64,000 bases of DNA from an uncultured Candidatus Saccharibacteria bacterium (GTDB taxonomy: Bacteria; Patescibacteriota; Minisyncoccia; UBA6257; Colwellbacteraceae): contig CAZSQQ010000001.1 in assembly GCA_964609135.1 (NCBI GenBank), positions 56,673 to 120,672 on the forward strand, in the 5' to 3' direction. The translations under genes and the position numbers were made by a program. Below the pieces are notes generated by a model. That model saw only the letters and a list, made by a program, of their open reading frames with translations. It made no database searches and was not told the DNA's origin. Shown piece after piece: positions 1 to 8,856 of the stretch (its first letter is position 1; each line of letters starts with the position of its first letter).

Positions 1-58
1 CCGATACAGTTAACTGTAGCGCGGCTCTGTGCGAAACAGTAACGCCCGGATTTCTTAC

Positions 59-1084
59 ATGAAAAATAAATATTTGGGAATCCTCTTAATAATAGTTTTA
101 GCAGTTTTCTTTGCTCGGCCGATTGTAAGCCACATTAAAGTTCTTCTTTTAATTTCTGAAGAATTCCCTCAAATTCCAGTAAAACCCTTAAAAATATTAA
201 CTGCCTCTCCCCGGCACCAAGAAATGGAACTTGATTCCCCCTACGGCAAGATAAAAGCCGACCTTTTCATTCCCAAACAAGGCGGACTGACACCGGCATT
301 GATTTTAGCCATGGCAGTTAAAACTGCGGAAAAAGATAGGCCCATTGTCTTAGGATTTGCCGAAACCATGAGCCGACTGGGTTATGTGGTTATCTGGCCG
401 CGCCTTAAAATTTTAGATGAAGGAGTTTCAAGTTTTGAGGAGCCCGAGACATTCATCACGGCTTTTAAATATGTCGAAGCTCTGGAAGGCGTTGATGAAG
501 AAAGAATTTCTTTGGTGGGGTTTTCTGCTGGTTCATCCGTTGCATTTGCAGGCGCAGCCGACGAGCGGATCCGCGATAAAGTTCGGGGGCTAGTATTTTT
601 CGGCGGTTATTATGACATTTCCGATTATCTGGAAAGCTTAGTTACCAAAAAATCAGCGTTTAAAGATACTACAATTGATTGGCAGTCAGCCGAAGGCGCC
701 GTGAGTCACACCCGAGAGGTTTTGACCGCTAAAAATGCCGAGGGAATTCTTAAAGCTCTCGCATCAGAGACAAGCGAAGAATTTCGAACTCTGTTTAAAT
801 CAGTTAAAAAAGAAGAAATAACTGGTCTAGAGAAGATCAGTCCGTCCGAGAGTATTAATAATTTCAAAGCTAGGATCTTTATTCTTCACGATAAAAGTGA
901 CGTTTATGTCCCCTATCTTGAATCAGCTAAACTCAATGAAGCACTCCCCAATGAAGTAAATAAAACTTACTTATTGGTTAATCTTTTTCAGCATGTCCAG
1001 CCCAAAAAGGGATTTTCTTTTGGGATAATCGGCGAATTCGTGAAGCTCTACGGCTTTTTATACGAGGCGATCAGTTATTTATAG
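59..1084 (+). CDS. Membrane-anchored alpha/beta hydrolase
   Basis: N-terminal hydrophobic helix, GFSAG nucleophile elbow, C-terminal D and H candidates (HDKSD, FQHV). ATG at 59 preferred over GTG at 29. Confidence 0.7.
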   Translation: MKNKYLGILLIIVLAVFFARPIVSHIKVLLLISEEFPQIPVKPLKILTASPRHQEMELDSPYGKIKADLFIPKQGGLTPALILAMAVKTAEKDRPIVLGFAETMSRLGYVVIWPRLKILDEGVSSFEEPETFITAFKYVEALEGVDEERISLVGFSAGSSVAFAGAADERIRDKVRGLVFFGGYYDISDYLESLVTKKSAFKDTTIDWQSAEGAVSHTREVLTAKNAEGILKALASETSEEFRTLFKSVKKEEITGLEKISPSESINNFKARIFILHDKSDVYVPYLESAKLNEALPNEVNKTYLLVNLFQHVQPKKGFSFGIIGEFVKLYGFLYEAISYL

Positions 1085-1114
1085 GCCAAGCCCTAATCAA
1101 CACTCACTGAATTT

Positions 1115-2037
1115 TTATTCCAAATAAACGTCATGGCTGCCGCTTTCTTTGACGGCAGCCGGCGTAATTCTTATAAAAACTGCTTTTTTCTGAAGTTCTC
1201 TTAAATTGTGAGACCGCCGTAACTTAACCCCGATTTAAGGCCGCCCAAAAGCTCGTTTAAGACATCTTTAACGCTTCCTTTATAAGGAACTAAAGCTGAT
1301 ACGCCCTCGACAATGATTTCTTCTCTCTTAATTTTCTTATCAGGTCTTTCTAAGTTGTTAGCGAACGAGGCCTCGCCTCGATACACCTTAAATTTCTTAT
1401 TGCCTCTTTGTAATAATCCTTCCAGGAGCTTCATCAGTGCCAGCCAGCAAGTTACCAAACATAACTGCGTCGGCCCCAGCCGCCAGGGCCTTCACAATAT
1501 CTCCAGAACTTCTAATACTGGCGTCAGAAATGAGTCCCACCTTCATTTTGCGAGCTACTGGTGTGCAACCCAAAACAGCCGAGAGTTGAGGAACGCCAAA
1601 GCCAGTCACAATCATCGTCGTACAGATCGAGCCAGCACCGATCCCAACCTTAATCACATCCGCTCCGGCTTTGGCCAAATCATAAAAACCGCGACTCGTG
1701 GCTACAGTGCCGGCGATCAAAACTTTTTTAGGGAAATACTTTTAAAACTCCTTAATGGTCTCTATGGTTCTGGTAGAATGACCATGGGCGATATCGAGAT
1801 TTAAAATATCTGCTCTTGCCTTAACTAGTGCTTTTGCTCTCTCGAATTCACCGTCCTGTACCCCAAAGGCCGCACCAACCACGATGCCAGCTTTCTTTGC
1901 CGTTCTAACTTCCTTAACTTGATAGCTGACAGTAGAGTTGTTTTTAAGCTAACGTTTTTCCGTGATAAAACTTCCGAGTATTGTGGAACTAAGAGAACAT
2001 CGTCGAAACTAAAAGTTTCCTGAAACTCCTTAAACAT
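1115..2037 (-). pseudogene. guaB: Degraded IMP dehydrogenase/GMP reductase (guaB-like, no CBS domains)
   Basis: Motifs [36 protein letters not shown] and KESGSHDV lie in different frames. There is an internal deletion after LKTTL, an in-frame TAA near 1743 and frameshifts near 1400 and 1210. Confidence 0.85.
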
Positions 2038-2047
2038 CTGTGTTCAC

Positions 2048-2956
2048 CTATATGCTTAAATATCGCCTCAAGGCGATGAAGCTGGAAATAATCCCGATAC
2101 CGACTCCAAAGGCCAGCTGATAAGCGAAAAGGGTTAAAAGGTGGGAGTTGAAGTATTGAGTGAGCTCCAGCCCCGGGACAAAAATCCTCGCATAGGGCGA
2201 AATAAAGTAAACAATGGGGGCCAGGATGATGAGGCTAAGAACGGCGGCGAGGCCGCCGTAAATAATCCCCTCAACCAGGTAAGGTCCCCTGATAAACGCG
2301 TTCGAAGCTCCGACCAAGCGCATAATGCCGATTTCCTCCCGGTTGGAATAAATAGCGATGAGAATTGTGTTAAAGGCGACAAAGATGGCAACCAGGGCAA
2401 GGATTAGAGTTAAGGCGAAGCCGGCGACACGACTGACGCTCACAATCTTGGCCAGCCTGTCGATCACGATCTTGTTCTGACTGTAACTGATGTTTTCAAC
2501 CAAGCTGCTTAACGAGGCGTTGTTCAAATAGGCGGCAATCACCTGATAATCCCTTGGATCCTTGGCTTTGATGTTCAAGGATGCCGATAACGGGTTTTCT
2601 TCAAGCTCGCTTATGGCTCGGCTTACAGTCTCCTCCTTTTGATGCCGCGATTGGAAAATCTCAAGCGCTCTATCACGAGAAATATATTCAACGCCCTTCA
2701 CTTCCGCGAGTCCCTCAAGCGAGCGTTTAACTCTTAAAATCTCGTCTTCAGGCGCGTTGGTCTTGAAATAAACGCTGATATCGATCTTGTCCTGAATGGA
2801 ATTCAGGGCGGCGTCCGCCACATAATTGAAAATCCGGAGCCCTCCGAAACCCAAAAGCGTAAGGAGTATGACAACGAGAGTCGCGAAGGAAAGCAATTTC
2901 TGCCTCCAAAAATTCTGAACGCCGTTCCTGATAATTCTGTAAAGTATCGTTGCCAT
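2048..2956 (-). CDS. ftsX: Cell division permease FtsX
   Basis: 4 TM layout, EIGIMRLVGAS...IRGPYLVEG motif, directly after ftsE. Confidence 0.95.
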   Translation of the reverse strand: MATILYRIIRNGVQNFWRQKLLSFATLVVILLTLLGFGGLRIFNYVADAALNSIQDKIDISVYFKTNAPEDEILRVKRSLEGLAEVKGVEYISRDRALEIFQSRHQKEETVSRAISELEENPLSASLNIKAKDPRDYQVIAAYLNNASLSSLVENISYSQNKIVIDRLAKIVSVSRVAGFALTLILALVAIFVAFNTILIAIYSNREEIGIMRLVGASNAFIRGPYLVEGIIYGGLAAVLSLIILAPIVYFISPYARIFVPGLELTQYFNSHLLTLFAYQLAFGVGIGIISSFIALRRYLSI

Positions 2957-2957
2957 T

Positions 2958-3638
2958 TTAAGCTATAGAATACCTCCCGCCTTCCTCGTCTCTTATCAGC
3001 CGACCGTTATCAAGCTGGATGACGCGCCTGCCCAATTGATTTACCACGTCTTTGTTGTGGCTGGCAAGAATGACTGTCGTTCCCAAATCGTTGATCTTGG
3101 TTAAGAGATTGATAATCTCCAGGGTATTCAAAGGGTCCAAGTTTCCGGTAGGCTCATCGGCCACGATAACGTCGGGACGATTGACCATGGCTCTCGCGAT
3201 CGCCACTCTCTGCTTTTCCCCGCCAGCCAATTCATGAACAAAATTCTTCTCTTTGCCGGAGAGGCCCACCAAATCCAGCGCTTCTCTCACCAAATCGTCA
3301 ATTTCTCTCTCGGGACGGCCGGCCACTTCAAGCGCGAAGGCTACATTCTCATAAGCCCGTTTGGTGGGCAAAAGCCTGAAATCCTGAAAAACTATGCCCA
3401 TGTGTCTTCGGAGTTTCGGCAAATCTCCCGGCTTCAATTTATTGACCTCGTACTGGCCGAAAATCACTCTGCCGCTCGTCGGTTTTTCCTCTCCAATCAA
3501 AAGCTTAACTATGGTTGACTTGCCGGCCCCTGATCGGCCCACAATCGACACAAACTCTTTGGGTGAAATCTTGAAAGTTACATCAATCAAAGAGTTATGG
3601 CTGTTGTAACTTTTGGAAACGTTTTGAAAATTAATCAT
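2958..3638 (-). CDS. ftsE: Cell division ATP-binding protein FtsE
   Basis: Walker A GRSGAGKST, VFQDFRLL, AGGEKQRVAIARA, DEPTGNLD. Confidence 0.95.
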   Translation of the reverse strand: MINFQNVSKSYNSHNSLIDVTFKISPKEFVSIVGRSGAGKSTIVKLLIGEEKPTSGRVIFGQYEVNKLKPGDLPKLRRHMGIVFQDFRLLPTKRAYENVAFALEVAGRPEREIDDLVREALDLVGLSGKEKNFVHELAGGEKQRVAIARAMVNRPDVIVADEPTGNLDPLNTLEIINLLTKINDLGTTVILASHNKDVVNQLGRRVIQLDNGRLIRDEEGGRYSIA

Positions 3639-3658
3639 TCGAAACCAAACGCGGCCTT

Positions 3659-4637
3659 CTAAGCGCCCTTTAATTGTAACTCGGCCTGGACAAATTTATC
3701 AAGGTTACCGTTTAGAACCCCTTCGGCGTCGGATACTTCAATATTGGTGCGGTGATCCTTAACCATTTTGTAGGGATGGAGCACATACGAACGGATTTGA
3801 TTCCCCCACTCCGGCTCTACTTTGGTGCGAAGTTCGGAAAGCTCTTTGGCTTGTTTTGTTTCCATAAGTTTCACTAATTTTGAAACAAGCAAAGCCATCG
3901 CCCGCTCCCTGTTTTGGGTCTGGGAACGTTCCACTTGAGAGGAAGCGGAAATTCCGGTGGGCTTATGAACCAGCCTCACCGCCGTTTCCACTTTATTGAC
4001 ATTCTGACCGCCGGGACCGCTCGAACGAGAGAGCTCGAGCTTAACGTCCTCTTCCGGAATTCTAAATTTCATGGCCTCCACGTCAGGAAGTTCCGGCAAA
4101 ACTTCAACCAAGGCAAATGAAGTGTGCCGCAGCCCTTTGGAATCGAACGGCGATATCCTCACCAGACGATGAACTCCGGTTTCGTTTTTCAAAAATCCGT
4201 AAGCATAATCGCCCTTGACTTCCACAACGTTTTTATCAATCAATTTTGTTTTCCACTTCTTCGATTCCGCATATTTCATGAACATTTGAGAGAGCATCCG
4301 CGCCCAGTCTTCCGCGTCCTCTCCGCCAACTCCGGCGTAAGTCGCGACAATCGCGGGCAGTGGATCGTATTTCCCCGAAAGCAGAGATTTGATTTCCAAT
4401 TCATTCAGATCTTCTTCGGAAGAAATGGCATCAAACTTGGAAATCAAATCACGTAAAATTCCAGCTTCCTTTGCCTTCGCTTCAGCAAGCGCGCGGTCAT
4501 CCCTCCAAAGATCGGGATCGGTTATCTCGGCTTCAAGTTCCCGAAGCTTGTTTCTTTTGCCTACTACGTCAAAGACGCTCGCCTAAGCGGCGAGTCTGCT
4601 CTTCCAAATTGTTGTTTTGATTTTCCTTGTTGGTCAT
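3659..4637 (-). CDS. prfB: Peptide chain release factor 2, programmed +1 frameshift
   Basis: SPF (RISPFD) and GGQ motifs. A 22-codon upstream ORF from ATG 4637 ends in CTT TGA C (4574-4568), and the +1 frame joins the 3659..4447 ORF, giving about 325 aa. Confidence 0.95.
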
Positions 4638-4771
4638 ATCTTTGGAGCCGAAGGCGAGAATCCCCCGCACCAGTCCGCCAACGGCGGACGGTGCGGGACT
4701 AGTCCAGCACCGAGCTTCGCTATGGTGCTGGGGAACCCGCGACCTTCACTTTACCCCTCACCTTTTTCAAG

Positions 4772-4843
4772 AGCCGAAGAGAGGAGTTGAACCTCCAACC
4801 TCTCCCTTACGAAGGGATTGCTCTGCCATTGAGCTACTTCGGC
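4772..4843 (-). tRNA. tRNA-Thr(CGT), intact, nested in the outer tRNA
   Basis: GCCGAAG TA GCTC AATGGCA GAGC A ATCCC TTCGTAA GGGAG AGGTT GGAGG TTCAACT CCTCT CTTCGGC T; CCA not encoded. Confidence 0.95.
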
Positions 4844-4851
4844 GTAAAAGC

Positions 4852-4860
4852 ATTATAACA
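4852..4860 (-). promoter_or_regulatory. Extended -10 promoter (TGn TATAAT) for the inner tRNA-Thr
   Basis: TGTTATAAT ends 8 nt upstream of the inner tRNA 5' end. Confidence 0.7.
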
Positions 4861-4957
4861 AAAGGTGGGGACTCACGAAAGCACTGCCCCCGCCTGACGG
4901 CGGGCAAGTCTGCCACTGCTTGTCCGCCTCTGGCGGAAGCTACTTCGGCCTGAAAAA

Positions 4958-5323
4958 CTATTTCTTAAACTGTCTCACAAATAGTACAATCGCCACAATC
5001 GCCAGCCCCACGTCCCTGAAGGTTATATCATCAACTCCGTAAAATACCAAGATTGAAGAAACATCGAGAAAGGCGAGAAGAGAAATAATGAGGGGTGCAA
5101 ATCCGGAAAGGAGAAGTACGCCCAGGATTACCTCCCCATAGCCGTGGGCCGTGAGAAAAATCTCTTTGGCTACGACTGTTTCTACCCAACCGGGCACGAA
5201 ACCGATCCAGTCGGTGGGATTCAATATTGATCTTGCCCCCGCCCAAATGATGGGTACACCAAGTGCCAGCCGAAGCAATAAATCTTCCTCACCGGCTAAT
5301 TTGCGAATCAACTTCAATACCAT
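4958..5323 (-). CDS. DoxX family membrane protein
   Basis: LLRLALG, GEVILGVLLLSG and RDVGL pattern with 4 TM segments. Confidence 0.7.
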   Translation of the reverse strand: MVLKLIRKLAGEEDLLLRLALGVPIIWAGARSILNPTDWIGFVPGWVETVVAKEIFLTAHGYGEVILGVLLLSGFAPLIISLLAFLDVSSILVFYGVDDITFRDVGLAIVAIVLFVRQFKK

Positions 5324-6557
5324 TCTCTCTCACAATTTTCGCATATTCTCTGGCACTTTGTCTAACCCTCCGCCTCATATTTTTATAATTTACTTCGACC
5401 AGTCCGAACCTCGGCCAAAAACCTTTATCCCATTCGAAATTATCGAGAAGCGACCAATAAAAATAACCTCGAACATCGACCCCCTCTGCAACGGCTTTAT
5501 GGACGTTAAATAGAATTGACTTAACATACCAAGCACGATTTTCATCATTGGCATCGGCCAACCCATTTTCAGTGATATAAACCGGTTTCTTATACTTTTT
5601 CAAGTCCATTAAGGTACAGTAAATCCCTTTGGGATACAATTCCCAGCCCAAATCAGAAACAATCTTGTTTTCATTCTTCACCATCCATAAATCTAATAAT
5701 GCCCGGTGATAATAATTCAAGCCAATAAAATCTTGGTATTGGCTAATTTGGTCTATAAAATAAAGGTTCGTTAACCAATTCATAAATTTACTGATAAGTC
5801 GGTTGACCAATTTATTTTTATAAGCCTCGAAGCAGTTGTTAATACTAGCAATACCAACTCTGGCCCCTTTATTGAGGCCTTTTATGACTTTGAAAGCTTC
5901 CTCGTGAGCTCGAATAAGATTCTGCGTTACCAAAAAGCAAGAAATTAAATTCTTCTCTTGCGGAGGCCACCCCCCTGTTAAATAAGATTGCCCTACGAAA
6001 TTCAATGGCTCATTCAAAGTAATCCAAAATTTTATTTCATTTTTAAAAGCTTTGACTATTTTTTCAACATACCGGCTGAAATAATAAGGAGCTTGACTTG
6101 ATTTCCAGCCGCCTTTTTCAGCAAACCAGACGGGGTTGGTAAAGTGCCAGAGTGTGACAAAAGGCTCCAATCCCCTCTCACGAAGAGCTTTTATGACTTT
6201 TCGATAATGCTCAATTTCCTTTTCATTAAATTTACCTTCTTCCGGTTCAATTCTTGACCATTCAATGGAGAAACGATAGGCACTCATACCCAAGAATTTC
6301 ATTAAGTCAAAATCTTTCTCATAGAGGTTATAGTGGTCGCAGGCTTTGTGAGATATATAATTTTCTTCTTGCAACATCTCGGGGAACATTCCCTGTTGCC
6401 AAAACTGCCAATATTTTTTTGCCTTCTCGGCTAAGCGCTTGGCATTCCGCTTCTCCCACTCCGACCAGTCGTTTCTATTCCCGCCTTCAACCTGGTGTGA
6501 AGAAGTGGCCGCTCCCCAAAGAAAATTACCCGGAAACTTCAAGGTCTTTCTCATCAA
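5289..6557 (-). CDS. Glycoside hydrolase family 1 (beta-glucosidase)
   Basis: FLWGAATSSHQVEG, TLNEP acid/base, ITENG nucleophile, WSLLDNFEW. Confidence 0.95.
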   Translation of the reverse strand: MMRKTLKFPGNFLWGAATSSHQVEGGNRNDWSEWEKRNAKRLAEKAKKYWQFWQQGMFPEMLQEENYISHKACDHYNLYEKDFDLMKFLGMSAYRFSIEWSRIEPEEGKFNEKEIEHYRKVIKALRERGLEPFVTLWHFTNPVWFAEKGGWKSSQAPYYFSRYVEKIVKAFKNEIKFWITLNEPLNFVGQSYLTGGWPPQEKNLISCFLVTQNLIRAHEEAFKVIKGLNKGARVGIASINNCFEAYKNKLVNRLISKFMNWLTNLYFIDQISQYQDFIGLNYYHRALLDLWMVKNENKIVSDLGWELYPKGIYCTLMDLKKYKKPVYITENGLADANDENRAWYVKSILFNVHKAVAEGVDVRGYFYWSLLDNFEWDKGFWPRFGLVEVNYKNMRRRVRQSAREYAKIVRENGIEVDSQISR

Positions 6558-6684
6558 TCATTGACCAAACATCATATTTATTATACCCTAAAGCATCACT
6601 TGAAAGGCGGTATCACCACAAATCTGGTCCGCCTTACGGGGCGGACCTTGACAACAAAAGAAAGGGGTGCAGGGAGGTCTAGCG

Positions 6685-7056
6685 ATGCGTTACCTTCGCG
6701 ACAACTTGAGCGGACTCACAGTCTTCGCAATTGCGGCCATCGCCATCATCTCGGGAATCCCAGCGGGGCGAGCAACAGTCGCCTTCGGAGACTGGCGGGC
6801 AATGCTCCCGCTAGGCCTCGGGGCGGCATCTGCGATTCCGTTAGGAAGCCTCGCCGGCACGAAGTACGAAGATAGGTTCGTCACCACGGTGTTTTACAGC
6901 GTCGTGTTCGGGTCTTTCTTCAGCTTGGGAATGGTGATTGGCGGCGCCTACGATCCGCTCTTCTTCATTCTCGAGGTTGTACTTCTCGTCCTAGCCGTCT
7001 TCGGCGGAGCTGTTCTTGGCTTCACCGTCGTCGACCAGATCCGCAAGATAATGTAA
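6685..7056 (+). CDS. Hypothetical membrane protein (GC-rich islet)
   Basis: 4 hydrophobic segments; GGAGG just upstream of ATG 6685. Confidence 0.6.
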   Translation: MRYLRDNLSGLTVFAIAAIAIISGIPAGRATVAFGDWRAMLPLGLGAASAIPLGSLAGTKYEDRFVTTVFYSVVFGSFFSLGMVIGGAYDPLFFILEVVLLVLAVFGGAVLGFTVVDQIRKIM

Positions 7057-7068
7057 AGGAGCGCGAAC

Positions 7069-7359
7069 ATGATTCTGTTTCTATCGGCCACCTGCGTAAT
7101 GGCCCTCGCGATTCAGGCATTGCTCCTCGGTCCCGCCTTCTTCGAGCGAGACCGAGACGCCTCATCGCGGCGATCCTTGGCTACCTTGGCCTTGGGAGCT
7201 GCGATCGTGACCTTCGTCACGGCAGCAATTCTCGTGAGGGGCGCCGACGAGAATGCCGTTAAGCTTCTCGTCATTCTCATCATGGGCGTTTCGGGAGCAA
7301 CGGCACTTCTCTTCGCGCTCTCCTACGGGCGGTTCCGAGGAGAAGGTGACGCACAGTGA
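7069..7359 (+). CDS. Hypothetical membrane protein
   Basis: 3 hydrophobic segments; AAGGAG upstream. Confidence 0.6.
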   Translation: MILFLSATCVMALAIQALLLGPAFFERDRDASSRRSLATLALGAAIVTFVTAAILVRGADENAVKLLVILIMGVSGATALLFALSYGRFRGEGDAQ

Positions 7360-7444
7360 GAGGCGGGTGATGCTCCACTGAACCCCTTTCACGCATAACC
7401 TGTGGGGGCGCGGTCCGAAGAGACTGCGCCCCCGCGAACAAAAG

Positions 7445-7471
7445 AAGAGCGTCCCTATGAGACGCTCTTTT
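7445..7471. terminator. Probable terminator hairpin between convergent genes
   Basis: AAGAGCGTC-cctatga-GACGCTCTT followed by T's; a second GC hairpin lies near 7404-7433. Confidence 0.6.
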
Positions 7472-7488
7472 AAAAAAGATGAAAAAAC

Positions 7489-8139
7489 CTAAACCTTGAG
7501 GATGCCCAATCCCAAGATTTTCACTAATTGCCCGCCCCAGACGAGCGTCAAGGCCGCCGATACAATGAAAGGCACGCCTAATGTGGTGTAAAGCTCTTTC
7601 AGCAATACCAGTCGAAAGAGAGAAATCACAACCACGGACAGAAAAACTAAGGGTACAAAAATCACGAAATTGGGCCAGCCGACGAGGAGAGCCGTTAAAA
7701 ACCCTAACTCCGTCTCATAGGGCTTGAAAAACCTTTCCTTATAGCGTTTGAGAAATTTGAGAAAGAGATAGAAAACAAAAGAGACCGCTAAAACAATGAC
7801 CAAGTTCAGCCAAAATCTGCCCCAGGAATAAAAGAGGAAATAACCCAACTGATTATCAAAGAAAAAACCGGGAATATCGTTTGTGGCGGGTATGTTTTTA
7901 TCAACCGGGGAGTTCAGCAGAGTTTTGGTAAATTCGTTATTTGACCAGACATAATATTGGCCAGTGGTGAGAAAAACAACATAGAATACCCTGAATAAAA
8001 TCGTTCCTGTAACCAACTTAAAAACAGCGCGGCTATTTCCGTGAAAATAAAAAAACGCGGCTAAAGCCAAAATCGTCGCCGTAAAAACTGTTGGCAACCG
8101 ACTCAAAAGCGGACCGACCAAAAAATCAGTTATATCCAT
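7489..8139 (-). CDS. Multi-pass membrane protein (C-terminus reminiscent of prepilin peptidase TM region)
   Basis: 6-7 TM segments. Start taken at MDITDF because the longer ORF overlaps arsR antisense. Confidence 0.6.
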   Translation of the reverse strand: MDITDFLVGPLLSRLPTVFTATILALAAFFYFHGNSRAVFKLVTGTILFRVFYVVFLTTGQYYVWSNNEFTKTLLNSPVDKNIPATNDIPGFFFDNQLGYFLFYSWGRFWLNLVIVLAVSFVFYLFLKFLKRYKERFFKPYETELGFLTALLVGWPNFVIFVPLVFLSVVVISLFRLVLLKELYTTLGVPFIVSAALTLVWGGQLVKILGLGILKV

Positions 8140-8210
8140 AGTCTTTTTGAGTGTCTTTAGGACCGCGCTCGAACCTATTTTATCAAAAATTCCTGACCTG
8201 CGGAGAGGAT

Positions 8211-8273
8211 TTATCCACAGTTGACACAGAAGTTGGTTGGGAGTAAGATTTAAGCAATTATGCAAGTGCTTAA
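8211..8273 (+). promoter_or_regulatory. Sigma70 promoter with abutting DnaA box and ArsR-type operator
   Basis: TTATCCACA 8211-8219, TTGACA 8221-8226, 17-bp spacer, TAAGAT 8244-8249, inverted repeat TTAAGCA-N10-TGCTTAA 8250-8273. Confidence 0.8.
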
Positions 8274-8274
8274 C

Positions 8275-8595
8275 ATGTTGACAAAAGAACAGGTAAACAA
8301 AATAAAGAAAGAGTTGTCGGGCGATGTAGACCGGATGCCTATCATTCTTGGCGCGTTGGGTGATCCGGGCAGATTCCGGATTTTCAAGCTGCTCATTGAA
8401 CACCACGATATTTGCGTGACGGATGTCGCAAATGTCTTTGACATTACAGTATCCGCGGCATCCCAACAGTTGAGGGTTCTAGAAATGCTGGAACTGGTCG
8501 AAAAAATGAGAATGGGGCAAATGGTTTGCTACGAACTTAAAAAAGAGAATCCCATTGTCAAAAAGTTAATACAATTTTCAAGGTCGGGGGAATAA
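8275..8595 (+). CDS. ArsR/SmtB family repressor
   Basis: ALGDPGRFRI, CVTDVA, SAASQQLRVL, GQMVCY winged HTH. Confidence 0.9.
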   Translation: MLTKEQVNKIKKELSGDVDRMPIILGALGDPGRFRIFKLLIEHHDICVTDVANVFDITVSAASQQLRVLEMLELVEKMRMGQMVCYELKKENPIVKKLIQFSRSGE

Positions 8596-8617
8596 ATTAA
8601 AATTAAGTAATAAAAAT

Positions 8618-8854
8618 ATGTCAAAAATAACTATCTATACAACTCCAACATGCGTCTACTGCAAGGCAACAAAAGCGTTCTTCAAAGAAAACAACGTTAT
8701 TTATGAAGAGAGGGACGTTTCCGCGGATGCACAGGCCCGAGACGAAATGATTGCCAAGTCCAATCAGATGGGTGTGCCAGTTATCGATATCGATGGACAA
8801 ATTGTTACCGGGTTCGATAAAGCGAGATTGCAGGAACTTATTGGAATTAAATAA
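8618..8854 (+). CDS. NrdH/glutaredoxin-like protein
   Basis: CVYC, GVPVIDI, GFD. Confidence 0.9.
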   Translation: MSKITIYTTPTCVYCKATKAFFKENNVIYEERDVSADAQARDEMIAKSNQMGVPVIDIDGQIVTGFDKARLQELIGIK

Positions 8855-8856
8855 CT

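Larger units (their letters stand above)
4643..4949 (-). tRNA. Interrupted tRNA-Thr gene (outer) with four insertions; anticodon CGT most parsimonious, GGT possible; pseudogene or spliced
   Basis: Removing 4919-4937, 4888-4908, 4754-4875 and 4663-4732 leaves a 75-nt cloverleaf: GCCGAAG TA GCTC AGTGGCA GAGC A GTGCT TTCGTAA AGTGA AGGTC GCGGG TTCGATT CTCGC CTTCGGC T CCA. Confidence 0.85.

Noticed and set aside
1115-2037. Stop-codon reassignment or programmed recoding in guaB
   Set aside because: Lesions are of mixed types, and TGA, TAA and TAG all end conserved genes normally in this window
4754-4875. Group I intron in the anticodon loop
   Set aside because: Too short; the tRNA, promoter and terminal arms account for nearly all of it, leaving no catalytic core
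4627-4953. 108-aa plus-strand ORF
   Set aside because: Antisense shadow of the nested tRNA locus
8211-8219. DnaA box as a marker of oriC
   Set aside because: Boxes are isolated; no cluster, unwinding element or dnaA/dnaN nearby
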